Source of the DNA: Octopus sinensis
Taxonomy: Eukaryota
Reading direction: 5' to 3'
Assembly (NCBI RefSeq): GCF_006345805.1
Contig: NC_042997.1
Location: forward strand, 139,252,001 to 139,316,000
Length of the DNA stretch: 64,000 nucleotides
Shown here piece by piece: positions 1 through 13,059 of the stretch. The notes beneath the pieces were generated by a model, which did not search any database, had not been told where the DNA came from, and was given only the letters and a program-made list of their open reading frames with translations. A program made the position numbers and the translations under genes. The first letter of the stretch is position 1. The number at the start of each line of letters is the position of its first letter.

Positions 1-79
1 AGATGCTACGCAGTGGGACTGGACCCGGAACCATTGCGGTTGGGAAGCAAGCTTCTTACCTCACGGCCACGCCTGCGCC
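1..79 (-). mobile_element. tRNA-derived CORE-type SINE (family A, octopus OR-like), 5' head fragment
   Basis: Reverse complement reads ggcgcaggcgtggccgtg...aagaagcttgcttcccaacc...gggtccagtcccactgcgtagcatc, the same head as the other family A copies. Confidence 0.75.
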
Positions 80-504
80 TATATTTATTTTATTTTAAAA
101 ATTAGTGCCGGTAAACTACCACAATTTATTTATTACAAGAAATTAATGCGTGTTAATTCTCACAATTATTTGATTGTTGTTAGGCTTCATTTAGTAAAGA
201 TCAGAGGCACTTTTCACCTGCCGGAATACGGAAAGATATTGCGAAGAACAGGTATGAACTATTTAAATCAATGAGAGGAAATCTTTCATTTACTTTCTGC
301 CATCAGCATCTTATTCACCAATTTAGCGAAATGATGTCTTCTAAAGAATAATAATCGAAGAGAGGAACTTGCTTTTCGAAATGTTTAAGTTTATAAATGT
401 CTTCTAGAGTATTTTAGCTCCAGGTCAGCCTGATTGAGTTAAGCTTTGATCAAATGTTCCAACCATGGTCTTCCCGCCGATTTTTTTTTCAAGTATAATA
501 TACA

Positions 505-875
505 TGGGTGCAGGCGGTGCTATGTGGTAAGTAGTTTGTTTCCCAATCACATGGCTTTGGGTTCAGTCCCGCTGCATAGCACCTTGGGCAAGTGTCAGCT
601 ACTAAAGCTCCGAGCTGACCAAAGCCTTGTGAGTGGATTTGGTTGACAGAAACTGAATAGGCTTATTGCATGTGTGTGTCTGTGTGTATGTGTGTTGTCT
701 CTCAGCACCTCTTGACAACCGCTGTTGACTTATTTGCCTCGTCGTAACTTGGCGGTTTGGCAAAAATGAGATCGATAAAACAATTATTAAGCTTAAAGGC
801 GAGTATTGGTATCGATTTTTTCGACTGAAACCGCTCAAAAATATGCCTCAGCATGACCGCTGTCTTGTGACTGGA
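505..875 (+). mobile_element. CORE-type SINE family A, near full length
   Basis: A/B-box-like head (gctatgtggt; gggttcagtccc), CORE-like accttgggcaagtgtc, internal (tg)n, and tail remnant cagcatgaccgc...tgactggaa. Confidence 0.75.
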
Positions 876-894
876 ATTTATAGCTTTGTCTTTT

Positions 895-1030
895 AAATGC
901 CACCGATGTCAACTTTACCTTTCATCCTTTCGCAGTCGATAAAATAAGTACCAGTTAAGCACTGGGGTCAATGTAATCGACAAGCCCTCTCCCACAAAAT
1001 TTCAGGGTTTGTGCCTATTGTAGAAAGGGT
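895..1030 (+). mobile_element. Meta-domain-like SINE family B, 3' part
   Basis: ctttacctttcatcctttcgcagtcgataaaataagtaccag...ctggggtcaatgtaatcgac, with the common tail tgtgcctattgtagaaagg. Confidence 0.7.
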
Positions 1031-2419
1031 TATCTAGTTTTTATCTGTTTCGAGTTTAATCGTCCTCAAAACAAGAATTATTTTCATTACTTATTTCCTC
1101 GACCTTGTAGTTGGTATAAACCATCGAAGTTGTTAAGTCCTAGCCATCCCCATAACCCTCTTTTAGTACAGTACGATAACTATTTTGTTGAGGGTAATAA
1201 TGGGAGAGAGGCGGTGAGCAAATTACAAGAGATCAGTGATCTGATCTTGTATAGTAACACTCAGAACTGTCGCTCTCTAAACATGAATGATACACATTTG
1301 TCTGGTGCTTTGTCTCACACCAACAACCTTGTCTAGACACGCTTCATTTACTGTTTTACATTTCACGACCGTTGTAAACAAAAACTTAAAACAACAGACA
1401 CAACAACAAACGCGTTGATGACGGCAACGACCTTTGCAGACAAAAGATTTCAAATTGAATTTATGAGTTGTGACAGCGAACAGAGTAAATTTAACGAGTC
1501 TATTATTCAAAACATATAAACTACTATACATTCCAACATGTTGACGGAAGTATTTTATTTAAGAACTTCTACGATGCATAATTTATTAGTTTCAATTGAA
1601 AGAGGTTGCCTTCTCTTATTTTTTATAGGTTTATTTATATATTTATTTATTATTATTTTTCTTTTTTAAGTTGAATACAAAGATAGGAAATGTTATAATT
1701 TCATAACGAAGTCGTCACTGAATTTTAAAACATCGTTTCACATCCGCGAAACAAAGACGTCTGCTTTTATTGTATTTTTTCTGTCCTTTTCTTTTTTTTA
1801 CTATTTTTCTTTCTTTCCCCCAGTGTTCTTTTCTTATGTATTTATTTATTCTTTTATCATTTGACACGGCCAACGCCTGTGTCATTTATACACGAACTGC
1901 AAAAGCTATCTAGTTGATTTAGGGAAAGGCTACTTATGTATTGAATGTTCAATTATAAAAAGGCCAACACCCAATAACTGCGTATGTAGACAAGAAGATA
2001 TGATTACATTTGAATTCGCGTCGTATTCATTTCCCGACGCTGTTCACGCAGACGTTCAACCAAGCTTACAGTTCTGGTTTCAAACCTTATTATAGAAACT
2101 CTCATTCTATCTATACCTTCTCACTCTTTCTTTTTCTCTCTTTTCAGTTCAATCTATTCAACTAATGAAATCTAGTCCATATGAATCTTAAAAGCATTCG
2201 TGTTCATAATATGATTAATTATTGGGCAGATAAGGTGGAGAATAGAAATAAATTACTTCGTGATATTTTGCTTCTTTTTCTTCCCTTTTTTTTTTTCTTT
2301 CATCCCATCCCGATCGATAAAACAAGTACACCCTCAAATAATATAAGCCCCAATCATCGAACCGCCGCAAATATGTGACTCTGTACTAATCTAATAAACT
2401 GTTTATGATTTTCTACTAT

Positions 2420-2555
2420 AAGCACAAGGCCTGTAATTTTGGGAGTGGGAACTAGTCGTTTCCATCGACCCCATGGCACAGCATGTACTTATTTTAGCGA
2501 ACTCGTAAGGATGAAAGGCAGAGTCGACTACAGCGAAATTTGAATTCAGAATGTA
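2420..2555 (-). mobile_element. SINE family B, partial
   Basis: aggatgaaaggcagagtcgac...gaaatttgaattcagaatgta matches the reverse of the family B core and B box. Confidence 0.65.
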
Positions 2556-2699
2556 AAACTAGAATCTATTTGTGATTTGTCACGATGTAGGAGGAGATAT
2601 TCAGTAAGCACATCATAAATCAAAAGGTAAAACGACTCATCTGTCACCTTGAACTTACTTACATCTGACATATCCACTGTATATATCTATATATATATA

Positions 2700-3325
<626 letters not shown>

Positions 3326-3914
3326 TTACACTCACAGGGCGCTGGTCATTTTACGTCTATAACACACCTGGCCACTGTACATTACTGACCCTACTCTTTC
3401 GCAATCATGTGGGATCTATTATATATTAATCCAGTTTTAATTTTTTATTTTCTGATTGAGTTAAGCACAAAAGAAACAAAAGGTTTAATCAACTGAAATG
3501 AGAAACAAAACTTAATACTAGTCGTTCATTTGAGCTCCTCAAGATAAACTGATATTGCAGAATCATAGCTACCCGGTCTTATCGCTACCTATCCAAGTTA
3601 AAAGAAAACAAAGAACATTTTAAATCTGTGAGTAGTTCAAGCATCTGAAATTTTACATTTACAATCCAGACAAATGGACAGTCAACAGAGTGTCAGCAGA
3701 ATGCTTTGCGCTATCTATTTTGATACCCTACACGCTGAATTCAAATCGCGCCAAGATTAACTTTGCCTTTCATCCTTTACAAATCGGTAAAAGAAACTTA
3801 CCAGTCTAAGGCAGTGGATTGATGAAATCGTAACAGCGTCGGACCAGATGTTTTGTAGTATTTGTTCTGAGTCTATGTCTTCTGAAGTTTAGATCCTACA
3901 ACAGCTTATTGCGG

Positions 3915-4105
3915 AGAGTTGGCAGACTCGTTAGCATGCCGAGCAAAATGCTTAGCGGCATTCCGTCGGTCCTTACGTTCAAATTCCGCCGAGATCGACT
4001 CTGCCTGTCATCCTTTCGGTGTCGATAAAACAAGTACCAGTTGAACACTGGGGTTGATGTTGTCGATTTACCTCTTCTCCTGAAATTGCTGGCCTTGTAC
4101 CATTT
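3915..4105 (+). mobile_element. SINE family B
   Basis: gagttggcagactcgttagcatgccgagcaaaatgcttagcggcattccg...ttcaaattccgccgag...tcatcctttcggtgtcgataaaacaagtaccag. Confidence 0.75.
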
Positions 4106-4491
4106 GAATACTGCCAACAAACGAAACTTCATGAATACCTTTAGCGGGATTCACTTTGTTACTAGTATTCAGAGCAGATTTCCTATTTGACGATACATTC
4201 CCTCTTCCCTTCCATCAGTCTCGTAGGTCCTGTAAAGGATAATGGGCACTGCCTTCCCTATCGACAAAAAGATAAAAAGGGCAAGTATCCAAAAAGATCA
4301 TACATTAAATTATAAACTTCCGCTTACGAATACATTATATGTAAAGGCGATAGACTGGCAGTCATCAGAGCGTCAGAGTGCTTTTGCAGTAATTGTTCCG
4401 GCTCTCAGCGTTGCCTTTTATCCTTTCGGGGGTCGATAGAGTACTAGGAGTTAATTCTAATCTCTGTCTCTGTCTCTGTCTCTCCATCTCC

Positions 4492-4499
<8 letters not shown>

Positions 4500-4576
<77 letters not shown>
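4500..4576. repeat. (CT)n microsatellite
   Basis: Direct reading. Confidence 0.95.
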
Positions 4577-4578
<2 letters not shown>

Positions 4579-4944
4579 AAATTGGCTGCGTTCATATCTG
4601 GAGAGGAATAGGATCCGCCAGGTTCATATACCCAAGTCACCGTATATCACGAGAGCATTCCTGTTACTCTATTAAAGCTGAGGACGCCATCACTCATCAT
4701 TCCACTTAACGTGGACGTCCAGAGTCCCACATTACATTAGTCCAGAGGTACTCATTAGATCGGTCCGGAGCCCTGAGAGCAGAGGAAGAACTCGTGGCTT
4801 GAACTTTGCAAAAAAAAATTCACACTCCGCTTGAAATTTGAAAGGAGTCATTCTTTCTGGAGCCAGAATGAAGACATGTCCCGCTTCTCGGTGGCACTGT
4901 TGCAGGTTGCAAAAACATCAGAAATGGGTATAGTAACCTGTTGT

Positions 4945-6260
4945 GATAGAAGCAAGTGTACGGCGGCCAGGTATGATAAAGGTAAGTATTTAATGGTCAG
5001 GTATAGTGAAAGTAGATGCTCGGTGGCCAGGTATTATAGAGGAAGGTGTACAGATATCAGGTAAGTGGCCAGTTGAGATGAAGGTTGATACTCAGTGGCT
5101 CAGGTGTTGTCAGGGAGAGGAGTGTGTTGTGGCTACGTATGATGGAGATAAGTGTACAGTGCTAGGTGCTGTTAAGGTAAATATAAAATGGCCAGGGTCT
5201 CTAGGGATACGTATACAGAAGTTAGGTGTGATGGATGTAAGTGTACAATTGACATGTGAAATGGAAATAGGTAACCAGTTGCCAGGTGTTGTATGAGTAA
5301 GTGTACAGTGGTCTAGTTTGATGGATGTAGGAGTACTGTGGCCTAGTATGATAGAGATAAATCTACTGTGGGTAGGTGTGATGCTGGCAGGTATTCAGCT
5401 GTTTTAGGGGTAAGTGTGCAGTGACTTTGTGGCGGAGATGAGTGTAGTGTGGCCGGGTATGATGGAGATAGAAACACAGTGGTCAGGTGTTGAAAGGATA
5501 GCTGTACAATGATCAAGTAATTTGCCGATAAGTTTGCATAGCTTGTGAGTATTTGTGGTTAGTATATGGAAAGCAAATGTGGTACAGGTAGATGTACAGA
5601 AATCAGGTGTGATACAAATAAGTACACAGTAGTTATGTATGTGGAAGTTATTCTACAGTGATGAGGCACGGAAGAGTTGATGTGCAATGTTCATGTATGG
5701 TAAAGGAAAGCGTACAGTGGCTAGGTGTGACAAGATCGGTGTGTGGCCAGGTGTGTAAAGTAGTCAAGTGTTTTGAAAGCTGGTGTACAATGATTAGATG
5801 TGGTAGCAAAGAGTATTCAGTGACTAGGTATGTTGAAGGTAATGTTTATTCAGAACAGGTGTGATAGAAGTATGTTTACTGTGAACAGGTGTGATGGCAA
5901 TGTACTGTGAACATATGCGGTGGATGTAGGTATTTGATCAGGTGTGATGGATGTGTTGTAAATATGTGTAGAGTGTACAGTAACTAGGGTGGTGGGAGAA
6001 AACTTAGAGCTGTTAAATATAACGGTGGTAGAACTACACAGTTGCTATGTGTGGTAGAGGTAGGAGTACAATGACCAGACATGATGGAAATATGAGTACG
6101 ATGACCAGGTGTTTTGGAAATAAGCGTACAGTAACTGGACGTGGTAGAGGTAAAGAGTACAGTGTTCAAACGCGAGAGAGTACGGTGGAGGTGCGCTGTG
6201 AAGTTAGTTGTTCTCAGGTATTGGCAAGGGATGGAGAGGTGAGCAGCTTTGATGGAGGTG
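4945..6260. repeat. Highly diverged ~30-bp minisatellite, consensus approx. aagtgtacagtggccaggtgtgatggaggt
   Basis: gtaca/gtgg/caggtgtgat motifs recur at about 30-nt spacing over 1.3 kb. Confidence 0.75.
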
Positions 6261-6364
6261 TATGTCATTATGTTATAGTAATAAAATTTACCACAAAAAT
6301 AATTTATTGGCGTCTAGACGTATCGATTGAAGCCGAAAATAACCCTTCGGATGTTACCGCCGTT

Positions 6365-7055
<691 letters not shown>

Positions 7056-7154
7056 ATGATAATGAAGGTACTAGATGTGATGATGGTATAGAAGTGTTTA
7101 TCGGTGTTATTAATGACATAGTGTTAGTTAATGATACAGTGTTAATAACATCTA

Positions 7155-7605
7155 AGGCGGAAAAAATAAAATTGCTAAGTCGTTATAGCGTCGGGTGGAA
7201 TATCCAGTGTTATTTGTTTCAGTTCCTTGCTTTCTGAGTTCAATTCCCACCGAGGATGACTTTAACTTTCACCCTTTTCGGGGTCGATAAAATAAATACC
7301 AGTCGAACACTGGAGTCGATGCAATTGACTACACCCCTCCCTCAAAACTTCAGGCTCTGTGCCGTCATCAGAAATAATTATTTAAGGCAGCGAGATAGTA
7401 GGTTCGTAACCGCCATCGAACAAAATGCTTAAAGGTATTTGTTCTGGATCTTTATAATCTGAGTTCAAATGTCGCTGAGGTTGACTTTGCCTTTTATTCT
7501 TAAGGGGTCGATAAAATATGCAACAGTTGAGCACCGTGAATCGATGTAATCGACTAGTCCGCTCCCTACATATTTCAAGCCTTGTGCCTATAATGCAAAG
7601 GGTTG
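7155..7605 (+). mobile_element. Two head-to-tail SINE family B copies (about 7155-7382 and 7384-7605)
   Basis: Each has taaggc.g head, gagttcaa B box and ggggtcgataaaat core. Confidence 0.7.
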
Positions 7606-8239
7606 AGGTCGACTTTGCCTCTTCAGTATCGATATAATAGAAAGTTGCAATTCAGGGCGGTAGATTGGCAGGATTGCTTGAACATCAATGGGTGGATTAC
7701 ATTGCGGTATGCAGTATCTATTTCTGCCCTTTGTGCGCTCTGACAGCAACGCGTATGATGACACCATGACTTTGATATCAGACTGACAGCAACGCCTATG
7801 ATGACAATCACGATATCAGCACATGACCTGACACCGATTTTCTATATATCGCTGGCGAGAAGATAAGTTGCTGCTTTCTCTCGCGGGTGAGCGTCTATCA
7901 TTGATAAGACCAAGAAATGACGAAATCACATGATCTGGTGGTCAAATTGCTGGAGATTGAGGAGATTTATCTTCCCGCAAGCGATGTAAACAAGAGTGCA
8001 TCGTGCACCATGTGCCAATGTGAGGGTTTCTCTCATGGTATTTACCGCAGTATAGTCTTTTCTAATAGAACATTTACGTTTAAGTGGTGATAAATACTAT
8101 CTCGCGGTATTAATACCGCCTCTGACGCTAATATATACTTACAGGCTTTGTGTTTCCTTGGACAATATCAATGACGTGGCAGCTACCCGTCTCTCACAAA
8201 AACCATGACTAGGTTTGCGTCTCCGTTTAGCAGAGGAAC

Positions 8240-8640
8240 TTCCCAAGTACAGAAACTCATGGTCACTTATGACCATTCTCTTTATTATCTCTTTTACTCT
8301 TTTACTTGTTTCAGTCATTTGACTGTGGCCATGCTGGAGCACCGCCTTTAGTCGAGCACATCGATCCCATGACTTATTCTTTTGAAGCCTAGTACTTATT
8401 CTATCGGTCTCTTGTGCCGAACCGCTAAGTTATGGGGACGTAAACACACCAGCATCGGTTGTCAAGTGATGTTGGGGGGGGGGGACAAACACAGACACAC
8501 AAACATACGCAAACACACACATACATACATATACATATATACATACGACGGGCTTGCCCAAGATGCCACACAGTGGGATTGAACCCGGAACCATGTAATT
8601 CGTAAGCAAGCTACTTACTACACAACCACTCCTACGCCTA
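8240..8640 (-). mobile_element. SINE family A, full length
   Basis: Tail cagtcatttgactgtggccatgctggagcaccgcc through head cacaaccactcctacgcc. Confidence 0.8.
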
Positions 8641-9083
8641 TCATTTATTTATTTTTTTTATTCTTACACATGTTTTAGTCACTGGTGTAGTTTGTTTATG
8701 TTCTGCAAATGAACTCGATATGCTAAGTTTTGCACTTAACGAAAATAAATCCTGGAGTTGATTTGTTCCACTAAAACCATTCGTGGTTGTGATCCAGCAT
8801 GGTTGCAGTATAATGACTGAGTATTCTACACACTGATGCGTTCTCATGTATCTAAAACAAAATAAATAACGAATCTTTAAATTTGTGTTTCCTTACCTTT
8901 TCCCTATGAAATTTATTTAAACGAATTTCCTCCTCCGACCTCTCAATGAAGTACTGTTTTTATGGACCATCAGCTATCTCTGAGGACACCACGTTAGGAA
9001 TCGCAATCTAAGCTATGTGAAATACTTCAAAATTTTTGCTCTTATTTCAACTTTTTGGCCTAATGTGTCATAATTCCTTTAAC

Positions 9084-9577
9084 CAGGTGTCCCCAAACAC
9101 TAGGCTGCGGACCCGTACAGAACCGTGGATCATTTGGTACCGGGCCGCAAAGAAAGAATAAATTTTAAAATTTTATTTCTGTTTTATTGACTATCACAAT
9201 CTGCAAGGCGTTTTTGCATTATACAGGGTGGGCCAAAAGTCACGCACAAAATAAGTTCAACACACTCCGGAATTGTCAAAGGCATGCTTCAATTTTTCCA
9301 AAATTGAATATAAATAAATAAAATAATGAGGAATACACAAGTACTTGTACATGATGGACAAAATGAATGATAACGTAATATAAATAAGATATCAAATGTT
9401 TTGGTGCGTACGTTTGGCCCGCCCTATATATGTCTTATATGTGTTATTATATATTTGATAATTAAATTATATATTATAGACTTTATTGTGTTTTTGTGAT
9501 GAGCACGTTACTCTGGTCTGTGGAAAAATTGTGTTGCATAAAACCAGTCTGTGGTGCAGAAAGAATGGGAACCACTG
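9084..9577. mobile_element. hAT/Charlie (MER1-like) MITE
   Basis: Termini caggtgtccccaaac / aatgggaaccactg, subterminal ggacccgtac...ggtaccgggccgc, and a degraded 8-bp TSD cctttaac/tcttaaac. Confidence 0.7.
9224..9426. mobile_element. Tc1/mariner-type MITE nested in the hAT MITE
   Basis: TIRs cagggtgggccaaaagtcacgcac / gtgcgtacgtttggcccgcccta, with TA flanks. Confidence 0.7.
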
Positions 9578-10837
9578 TCTTAAACCATTTCTTTCTTTCT
9601 TGGTGTTACTTCGAACATCCAAAGCTCCCATTGTTTCTTATTCCTATTATTAAATTCACCGACTATTTTCAACACGTCTTTTATTATTCTATGTTATTCC
9701 TATATTATTATATTGTTCTCTGTTCCCTTTCCACTCCATATAACTCTGTCTTGACTTCAATTCATCCCGTCTTTGTTTATCCAACTAGGATTGATTACCA
9801 GTCAAGCATCGTATCTCCTTAAATAACGAACTTTTAACTAAAGCACGTGTTGACTGCCCAACTACCGCCTTCCCTCACCTCCACCATCAATCACCTTAGC
9901 TGAACGTCTGCTTTGTTCCCAATTCTGTGAACCTGTTTTTAATTTATGGTAAAGTGGGTGCCTGCGTAGTTAATGTTATGAACCAAAACATTTTAATTAA
10001 TTAAAAATACACCTGTGGTGATGTGAAAATGCATTAATTTAATGAATAAGATGGTCAAGAAAGGTAGGGGAAATCTTAGGATTTTATATTAATTAAAAGC
10101 AGAATGCAGTGACGAGTAAGTCTCAACTTTGGCTGCACAGGGACAATTCTGGGCGTGTTTTGGTCTCGTTAAATCTCATCAGTGAAGCATAGACTAATTG
10201 TTATCGCAGATCTTAGAACGACTAGAGATATATCAGATTTCAGTGAATTAACAGTGAGTGGTGTGATTATTTAAAATAATGACGAGAGGAAATACCTACG
10301 GCCACCTGCTGCATGGAACACAAATAACAAAGTGAGCACTAACATACTTAATGAGTCAACAAATACAGATTAATTAGAATTACACGTATAACGATGAGAA
10401 AATAACTTCATGATTAATTTCGGTTAAGAAAGGCGTATAGATTAAAATGAAGTAACAGTGGAAGGCAGTAGTGTCTCAGTTTGATTTTTGGCAGCATGGC
10501 AAAAATCTCTGGTCGTGATTCAGTTGTATAAGACCTTGTCACTGAAGCATAGTCTCAGTATTGTCTCCAGACTTCAGATCTTTGAATGGACCTGACAGAA
10601 TATAGAGGATTTGGGTAAATGAATACGCAATGATTATTGTTTTATCATACTGATTGGTATGATAATTTTAAAAACGTGACTGGTGATGGACGGGGAGAAT
10701 ATTCAAATCGACTGCTGCATGAAACACAAAGACAAAGTAGACACTAAATACTTAGGGGGTCGTGAAGTTTTAATTGATCAAAATTACACCCGTAGCGATG
10801 ATGAAATATCAATATATTAATTATTAATAAAGTAGCG

Positions 10838-11040
10838 AGTTAGCTGAATCATTAGCACGCCGGGCGAAATACATAGCGACATTTCGTACGCCTTTACGTC
10901 CTGAGTTCAAATTCCGCTGCGGTCCATTTTACCTTTCATCGTTTCGGGATCAATAAACTAAATACCAATTGAATACTAGAGTCGATGTAATCGACTTATC
11001 CTTTCCCTTGAAATGCTGACCTTGTGCCAAAATTTTAAGC
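10838..11040 (+). mobile_element. SINE family B
   Basis: gcgagttagctgaatcattagcacgccgggcgaaat...gagttcaaattccgc...gtcgatgtaatcgact. Confidence 0.75.
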
Positions 11041-11174
11041 CACTGTATCAATTGTTAATTCCGGTGAATAAAAAAGGAAAGAGCGACAACCACAAGTGAC
11101 TGGACTTAATAGCGCTCTGTCCACAGACGAAACTCACTCCAACTTTATTTAAGTTTCAAAGTGTAAGGCGACGT

Positions 11175-11370
11175 GCAGACACAATCGTTCGTGCGCCAGA
11201 CAAAACACTTAGAGGTATCTCTTCCGTCTTTAGGTTCAATGTTCAAATGCCGCAGAAACCGACTTTGCCTTTCATCCTTTCCAGGTCGAGAAAATAATTA
11301 GCAGTTGCACACTGGGATCAATGTAATCGAGTTTCCTCCTTACTCCAAAATGTGCCTATAGTAGAAAGGA
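11175..11370 (+). mobile_element. SINE family B, diverged
   Basis: gactttgcctttcatcctttccaggtcgag core and gtgcctatagtagaaagg tail. Confidence 0.65.
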
Positions 11371-12012
11371 AAAGAAATTCTGGGATTATCTTCAATGTTC
11401 TTCTTGATTGAAATTTTTAATTTGATGAGGAGTCACTTCCTCACCAGAGATCTTAATTTGAATTAACTTTTCTTTTTCGTTACATATACTAGTGCAATTG
11501 GTGTTGTTGTTGGAATATACTGAAATGAACGGACATCTCTAAAAGAGTTCCACTGAGAAAGTATTTTTTAATTATGACACATTAGGCCAAAAAATTGAAA
11601 TAAGAGCAAAAATTTTGAAATATTTCACTTAGCTTAGATTGCGATTCCTAACATGGCGTCCGCAGAGATAGCTGATGGTCCATAAAAGCATATGGAAGCA
11701 GATGCGGCGTCCTTTAAGACTTGAGGATAAGGCGAGGAGACTGCGAATGGTATGCCACTAGCTTACACACACCGCATTGTTCTTACAGTCCAAGGGTAAG
11801 AGTTAGCTATAAACTACCTATCTAATTAAAGAAAGAGTGAAGCCCTTAAATTCTGACGGTACGACCGAAGATGTGTAATATGTCACTTTTGTCTTTTTTT
11901 GTTTCAGTCGTTTGACTGAGGCCATGCTGGAACACCGCCTTGAAGGGTTTTAGCCGAACAAATTGATCTCAGGACTTTTCTTCAGCCTAATACTTATTTT
12001 ATCGCAAATACA

Positions 12013-12058
<46 letters not shown>

Positions 12059-12210
12059 TTATCGCCATACTAATATGGCATTCTTATAAAAATAAGAAAA
12101 AAGCTGACCGCTTATTAGCTCCATGAGGCCATCGCCTTAAGTTAGCTATTTGATACACAAACTGTATCCATATAACCTTTGAACAAGGGAGGTCAGTCGC
12201 TCCACACTAC

Positions 12211-12270
12211 TTGGCCGGCAGCTACAGACGCGTTTCGGGGTATTGCCCCTTTTCAATGCAGCGTAGCCAA
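12211..12270 (-). ncRNA. Type I hammerhead ribozyme motif (inverted copy)
   Basis: Reverse complement of the motif at 12484-12543. Confidence 0.7.
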
Positions 12271-12483
12271 ACCAGTAGGTGTCGCTTCCGACAATCTCTG
12301 TTCAAAGTTTTATTTACCTAGCTTCGGTGGATACTAATATTTTCCGGGAACGCTGCCGTTGTTCTCTTTTAGAGAGACTTTTTATTTTAATATTTCTATT
12401 ATTGAAAACAAGTGGATGTATTCCACCGAAGCTAGGTAAATAAAACCTTTGAACAGAGATTGTCGGAAGCGACACCTACTGGT

Positions 12484-12543
12484 TTGGCTACGCTGCATTG
12501 AAAAGGGGCAATACCCCGAAACGCGTCTGTAGCTGCCGGCCAA
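12484..12543 (+). ncRNA. Type I hammerhead ribozyme motif, U3-A8 core variant; predicted cleavage after C12527
   Basis: UUGGC-uac-GCUGCA / UUGAAAA / GGGG-caaua-CCCC / GAAAC-GC-GUC / UGUAGC-ugccg-GCCAA: stem I with internal loop, stem II, short palindromic stem III and a GUC triplet. Confidence 0.75.
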
Positions 12544-13059
12544 GTAGTGTGGAGCGACTGACCTCCCTTGTTCAAAGGTTATATGGATACAGTTTGTGTA
12601 TCAAATAGCTAACTTAAGGCGATGGCCTCATGGAGCTAATAAGCGGTCAGCTTTTTTCTTATTTTTATAAGAATGCCATATTAGTATGGCGATAACTAAT
12701 TTTCCGGGAACGCTGCCGTTGTTCTCTTTTAGAGAGACTTAGTTATTTTAATATTTCTATTATTGAAAACAAGTGGATGTATTCCACCGAAGCTAGGTAA
12801 ATAAAACCTTTGAACAGAGATTGTCGGAAGCGACACCTACTGATTTTTCCTTGGATTACGTCGGATTATTTTACGCTGTAAGCTGTTATGTTAGTTCGTT
12901 CTGTTCTGGATTTACACGTACAATTTTTGGAGTATTAACTTGTGAAACAAAGTAATTTTCGCCCTTCGGGGTAGAAAATTTCTTTTTATATATGAACTTT
13001 AATTCAGTGTGGATTTAATTTTTATCTTGTCTCTTGTGACAAGTCACTTGCATTTTATT

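Noticed and set aside
10305-10825. Diverged ~120-bp direct repeats (period about 408; a similar case at 52420/52810)
   Set aside because: Too decayed to assign, and no associated structure was found.
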